From an uncultured Christensenellaceae bacterium (lineage in GTDB: Bacteria; Bacillota; Clostridia; Christensenellales; DTU072): a stretch of 63,077 bases of DNA. Below the pieces are notes generated by a model, which saw only the letters and a program-made list of their open reading frames with translations, searched no databases and was not told the DNA's origin. The DNA lies in assembly GCA_964432485.1 (NCBI GenBank), contig CAYSNP010000004.1, positions 24,319 through 87,395 of the forward strand, given 5' to 3'. Positions within the stretch are counted from its first letter, which is position 1; each line of letters starts with the position of its first letter. The translations under genes were made by a program, and so were the position numbers. This document shows, piece by piece, positions 59,886 through 63,077 of this stretch.

Positions 59886-59914
59886 ATTATATAAAAATAA
59901 ATCACTTTATTCAA
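59886..59914 (-). promoter_or_regulatory. sigma-A promoter of transporter copy 2
   Basis: Minus strand TTGAAT, 17 nt, TATAAT. Confidence 0.65.
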
Positions 59915-59958
59915 TATCTATTTTACTTAAAGGATAGAAAAATGCTAAAAGAGGTTCT

Positions 59959-61374
59959 TTATCCGCACCAAATATTTAGTTTTTTGGCATCTTCTTTGCG
60001 TAGCTGCAAGTCTTTTAATATGCGTTGGTGGTCAGCTCTAGAAAAGCGGTAAAAGAAATATGGCACAGCAGAAAGAGACAGACTAACAATATTGATAATA
60101 TTAGGTACATAAAATAGTCCTTTTAGGGTGTATTCGGACTGAGCGGCGGCATTTGGCACATATTTTATTATACTTACAATAATAACAGTCCATAGTGCGC
60201 CAATAGAACCTGTAACTTTTGCCAAAAAGCCTTCTATAGCCAACACCATACCATCATTTCGTTCGCCTGTGCGCCATTCTAAATAATCTATGCTATCGGA
60301 AAGCATAGACCAATAAAGCATACCTTTAAGCATAGACGGAAGAAACATTAGCATATTAAAAAAGCATACCAACACCAAATTGCCATACCCTACAATTGTA
60401 TAAAGTATAATTATAGCAACATGAAAAGCTCTAGATGCAATAACTATCTTGTTTTTGTCAAACTTCTTCATTAAATAAGGTGCAAGTATACTGTTGAGTG
60501 CAAGCATAGGGATAGCAGTAAGCCCAACATAAGTTTGCAGAGCAGGATTGCCTAAATTATAAGTATAAAACCACAGCGAAGTATGCCCTGCATTAATTAG
60601 CGCAATTACAGCATTGGACACAATCATAAGAAAGAGCAGCCTATTCTTAAAAAAGTCCTTAAACATACCTTTTGTAGTTTGTTTTTCTATGGGAACGAGT
60701 AGCACTCTTTCTTTAACATAGGTTACAATTAAATAATTATAAATAATAAAACATATCCCTACAAATACAGCAACTCCAAAGTAAATATAGGTTTTGGCTA
60801 CAATATCATCATTGGCAAAGAAGCTAAGTGCAATAGGTATCACTCCGCCAATTGCGCCTGTACCCATTTCAGAAAATAGGCGAGATATGGATATTACCTT
60901 ATTACGCTCTTGTACATTAGGAGTAATAGCATTGTAAAAGCTCATAAAAGAAATGCCGTTTAGCGTATGTAGCCACTCGAATATTATGTAAGTAGCAAGC
61001 GCATAGGCAGTTCTTGCCCACATATTTATTGTAGGGTTGGGCGAAAACACGGGCGCATAAAAAATAGCAATTATCAGCACTCCAAGGGGGATAGCTGTTT
61101 TTCTTAAAAATGGCATTGCCTTGCCCGAAGAAGATACTCTTTTGTCAAAATAAACGCCAATAATAGGGTCGTTTACCCCGTCCCATAGCCTGCTGCCTAT
61201 CAAAATTATAGAAAGCGCAATGCCGGAAAGCCCCATTACATCTATGTAAAAATAAGATAAATATCCCATGATTGCATAGCTCATATTGCGAAAAAGAGCT
61301 GCCATATAAAAGGCAGCTTGCTCTTTCTTGCTTACATACTTTTTTGCTTGAATATTCGAAACTTGATTTGCCAT
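59959..61374 (-). CDS. MFS GPH-family transporter (copy 1)
   Basis: RLWDGVNDPIIG, DSIDYLEWRTGERNDG; collinear and highly similar to copy 2. Confidence 0.88.
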   Translation of the reverse strand: MANQVSNIQAKKYVSKKEQAAFYMAALFRNMSYAIMGYLSYFYIDVMGLSGIALSIILIGSRLWDGVNDPIIGVYFDKRVSSSGKAMPFLRKTAIPLGVLIIAIFYAPVFSPNPTINMWARTAYALATYIIFEWLHTLNGISFMSFYNAITPNVQERNKVISISRLFSEMGTGAIGGVIPIALSFFANDDIVAKTYIYFGVAVFVGICFIIYNYLIVTYVKERVLLVPIEKQTTKGMFKDFFKNRLLFLMIVSNAVIALINAGHTSLWFYTYNLGNPALQTYVGLTAIPMLALNSILAPYLMKKFDKNKIVIASRAFHVAIIILYTIVGYGNLVLVCFFNMLMFLPSMLKGMLYWSMLSDSIDYLEWRTGERNDGMVLAIEGFLAKVTGSIGALWTVIIVSIIKYVPNAAAQSEYTLKGLFYVPNIINIVSLSLSAVPYFFYRFSRADHQRILKDLQLRKEDAKKLNIWCG

Positions 61375-61389
61375 ATTTATCCTTTGTGA

Positions 61390-62403
61390 CTATAAAATTA
61401 GGGCTTCTTGCGCCATTGCCTCTACATTTTTGCCGCTTACATTGTCCAGTAGCGCTTCATGGCTGGGGGAAAGTATATAATGCTTGCCAAAGATGCCCTT
61501 TAGCCGTCTTACTTCTGCCGCTACTTGCTCGGGAGTGGCAAAGGGCAGGATATGCTGGGTATCCAGTCCGCCCATAAATATCAAATCGTTGCCATACTTA
61601 TCTTGCAAGAGTTGAGCGCCCATATCCTTAGCGCATGCTTGTATGGGATGCAGGATATCCACACCTGCCGTAATGAGGTCAGGAATAAACTTTTCTATAG
61701 ACCCGCAGGAATGAAATGCAACTTTTAATTTGTAGCTTTTGGCTTGGTCAATAAGTTTCTTTGCACCCGGCAAAAAGAATTGTCTAAAGAACTTCGGGCT
61801 AACCAAAGTATCCAATTGGGTACCCAAATCGTTAAAAAAGAATACCGCATCAATCCTTTCGGCAAACTTTTCATAAAGCGCTTTGTTTGCCCTTAAATAG
61901 ATTTCTACAATTTTGGCTACCGCTGCTTCCACCACTTCAGGATGAGTATACATCTTAATAAAGCACTCCTCCATGCCAAAATAGTCTAGCAGCATATGCC
62001 AAAAATAAGTGCCCATACCGCTAAATACGGCAAGGTTGTGCTGTTGTGCAAATTTTAGATTAACATACATTTGAGGAAACCAAAACCGCTGTCTTCTGGT
62101 CCAATAAATTTTCTCCACTTGCTCAATATTTTCTGCAACTGCAAGCAGCCCCCTTTGCCCTGTAGAGCTTTTTTTCTTTAAGCCTGTAGGCCAAAATAGT
62201 ACGGGATTGAGCATATTACTTTCGCCCGAAAGCCAAATAAGCTCGCTTTTAAGTTTGAGTATAAGCGCTTTATGGGAGGGCACGCCAAAATATTGCTTGT
62301 AAATGCGTAGCGCCTTAGGATGCGGCTTACCCAGCCAAAACCCGCTGCGGTCTACCTCTTGTCTATGTAATATCCTTACTATCCTTTCTTTTGGGCTAAG
62401 CAT
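61390..62403 (-). CDS. Uroporphyrinogen decarboxylase/MtaA-CmuA-like TIM-barrel protein
   Basis: SPKERI, NDLGTQ..TLVSP, FHSCG, LHPIQ, FMGGLDTQ, YILSPSH; ATG 62403 after AAGGAG. Confidence 0.82.
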   Translation of the reverse strand: MLSPKERIVRILHRQEVDRSGFWLGKPHPKALRIYKQYFGVPSHKALILKLKSELIWLSGESNMLNPVLFWPTGLKKKSSTGQRGLLAVAENIEQVEKIYWTRRQRFWFPQMYVNLKFAQQHNLAVFSGMGTYFWHMLLDYFGMEECFIKMYTHPEVVEAAVAKIVEIYLRANKALYEKFAERIDAVFFFNDLGTQLDTLVSPKFFRQFFLPGAKKLIDQAKSYKLKVAFHSCGSIEKFIPDLITAGVDILHPIQACAKDMGAQLLQDKYGNDLIFMGGLDTQHILPFATPEQVAAEVRRLKGIFGKHYILSPSHEALLDNVSGKNVEAMAQEALIL

Positions 62404-62573
62404 TTTAGATCTCCTTTGGCTTTTCCCCATTGTGACTCATTATATAGTAACATATATCATAATAAAATAGCGTTAAAGTTAAAGAAAAGTAAAAATGACG
62501 AAATTACAATCCCTAATAAAAAAAACGCCGACGGGCTCTTGCTATTGTTTTGTCAAGTAAAAATCAGCTTAGA

Positions 62574-63023
62574 TTAAACAAAAATATTGCGCTTTTCAGG
62601 CTTGGATATTTGCTCTAGGGCATCTTTAGCTTCGCTCATAGTGTTTCGAGAGGTAGCTATATCGCCAATAGCACATACTCCAACCAGCTTTTCGCCTTCA
62701 ACTACGCATAGCCTTCTGATTTTATTTTCCGCCATTAGCTTTGCCGCTTTTTCTATGCTGGCATTATGCTCTACCGCTATACAGCCTGAGGTCATAATTT
62801 CGCTAATCTTAGTAGTGTCCTTTTTGCCCTCTGCGTACCCTCTAATCACTAAATCTCTATCTGTTACAACGCCTACTATACTGCCTTTGCTGATAATGGG
62901 CAAGAAGCCGATATCGTTGTTTTTCATTAGAATAGCCGCCTCTCTAATGGATTCGTCCGCTTCCATAACTATGGCATCAAAGCTCATTATATCGCTAACC
63001 TTTTTTTCTGCACTTAAATTCAT
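62574..63023 (-). CDS. CBS-domain pair protein (YhcV-like)
   Basis: VSDIMS, AAILMKNNDIGFLPI, GVVTDRDL, MAENKIRRL.V. Confidence 0.9.
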   Translation of the reverse strand: MNLSAEKKVSDIMSFDAIVMEADESIREAAILMKNNDIGFLPIISKGSIVGVVTDRDLVIRGYAEGKKDTTKISEIMTSGCIAVEHNASIEKAAKLMAENKIRRLCVVEGEKLVGVCAIGDIATSRNTMSEAKDALEQISKPEKRNIFV

Positions 63024-63077
63024 AATACAATATCCTTTTTTACTTTTTGCTATGTAAAGATAATTGCCACTGTATAT

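Noticed and set aside
61390-62403. hemE (true uroporphyrinogen decarboxylase)
   Set aside because: Lacks the N-terminal RQAGR motif of HemE, and there are no tetrapyrrole genes nearby.
1-63077. Transposase, integrase, prophage, toxin-antitoxin or anti-phage defence genes
   Set aside because: No ORF shows DDE, HUH/Y1, tyrosine or serine recombinase, phage structural or known defence motifs that I can recognise.

Overview
A 63 kb chromosomal segment from a low-GC Clostridia-like Firmicute (inferred from glgC/glgD, dnaX-ybaB-recR, sigma-A consensus promoters and many lipoproteins). It is gene-dense. I found no rRNA, tRNA, transposase, integrase, phage gene or CRISPR/cas. Main blocks in order: (1) PRC-barrel protein and acyl-CoA synthetase; (2) a probably leaderless ispE heading a complete glycogen cluster (glgB-glgC-glgD-glgA-glgP-GH13-malQ) with a trailing Sfp-type PPTase; (3) two lipoproteins and an FAD oxidoreductase; (4) a ROK-regulated sugar catabolic cluster (class II aldolase, PfkB kinase, xylose/rhamnose-isomerase-like enzyme, GH13 glucosidase, ribokinase, divergent GPH transporter); (5) DUF488 and a CoA-disulfide reductase/rhodanese/TusA/DsrE fusion; (6) B-repeat surface proteins, a sulfatase-fold protein lacking its catalytic motif and a MacB-like ABC fusion; (7) a minus-strand run from dnaX-ybaB-recR through an O-antigen-ligase-like gene, glmM, an N-terminally degenerate glmU and a CapD-like dehydratase; (8) AKR, chromate transporter pair, DsrE and a C_GCAxxG/methyltransferase fusion; (9) a ~460 bp structured intergenic region; (10) pdxS/pdxR; (11) URO-D-like gene, two duplicated GPH transporters and a nitrilase-family amidase; (12) a CBS protein. 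Best leads: (a) the sugar cluster, whose GH13 lacks the His that normally binds glucose O6 and whose isomerase has hybrid metal ligands, suggesting an EMP-style pathway for a C6-modified alpha-glycoside; (b) an array at 54598-54721 of five different self-complementary hairpins joined by a constant 9-nt linker, next to a nested REP-like composite. All family assignments come from motifs recognised by eye; no database searches were run.
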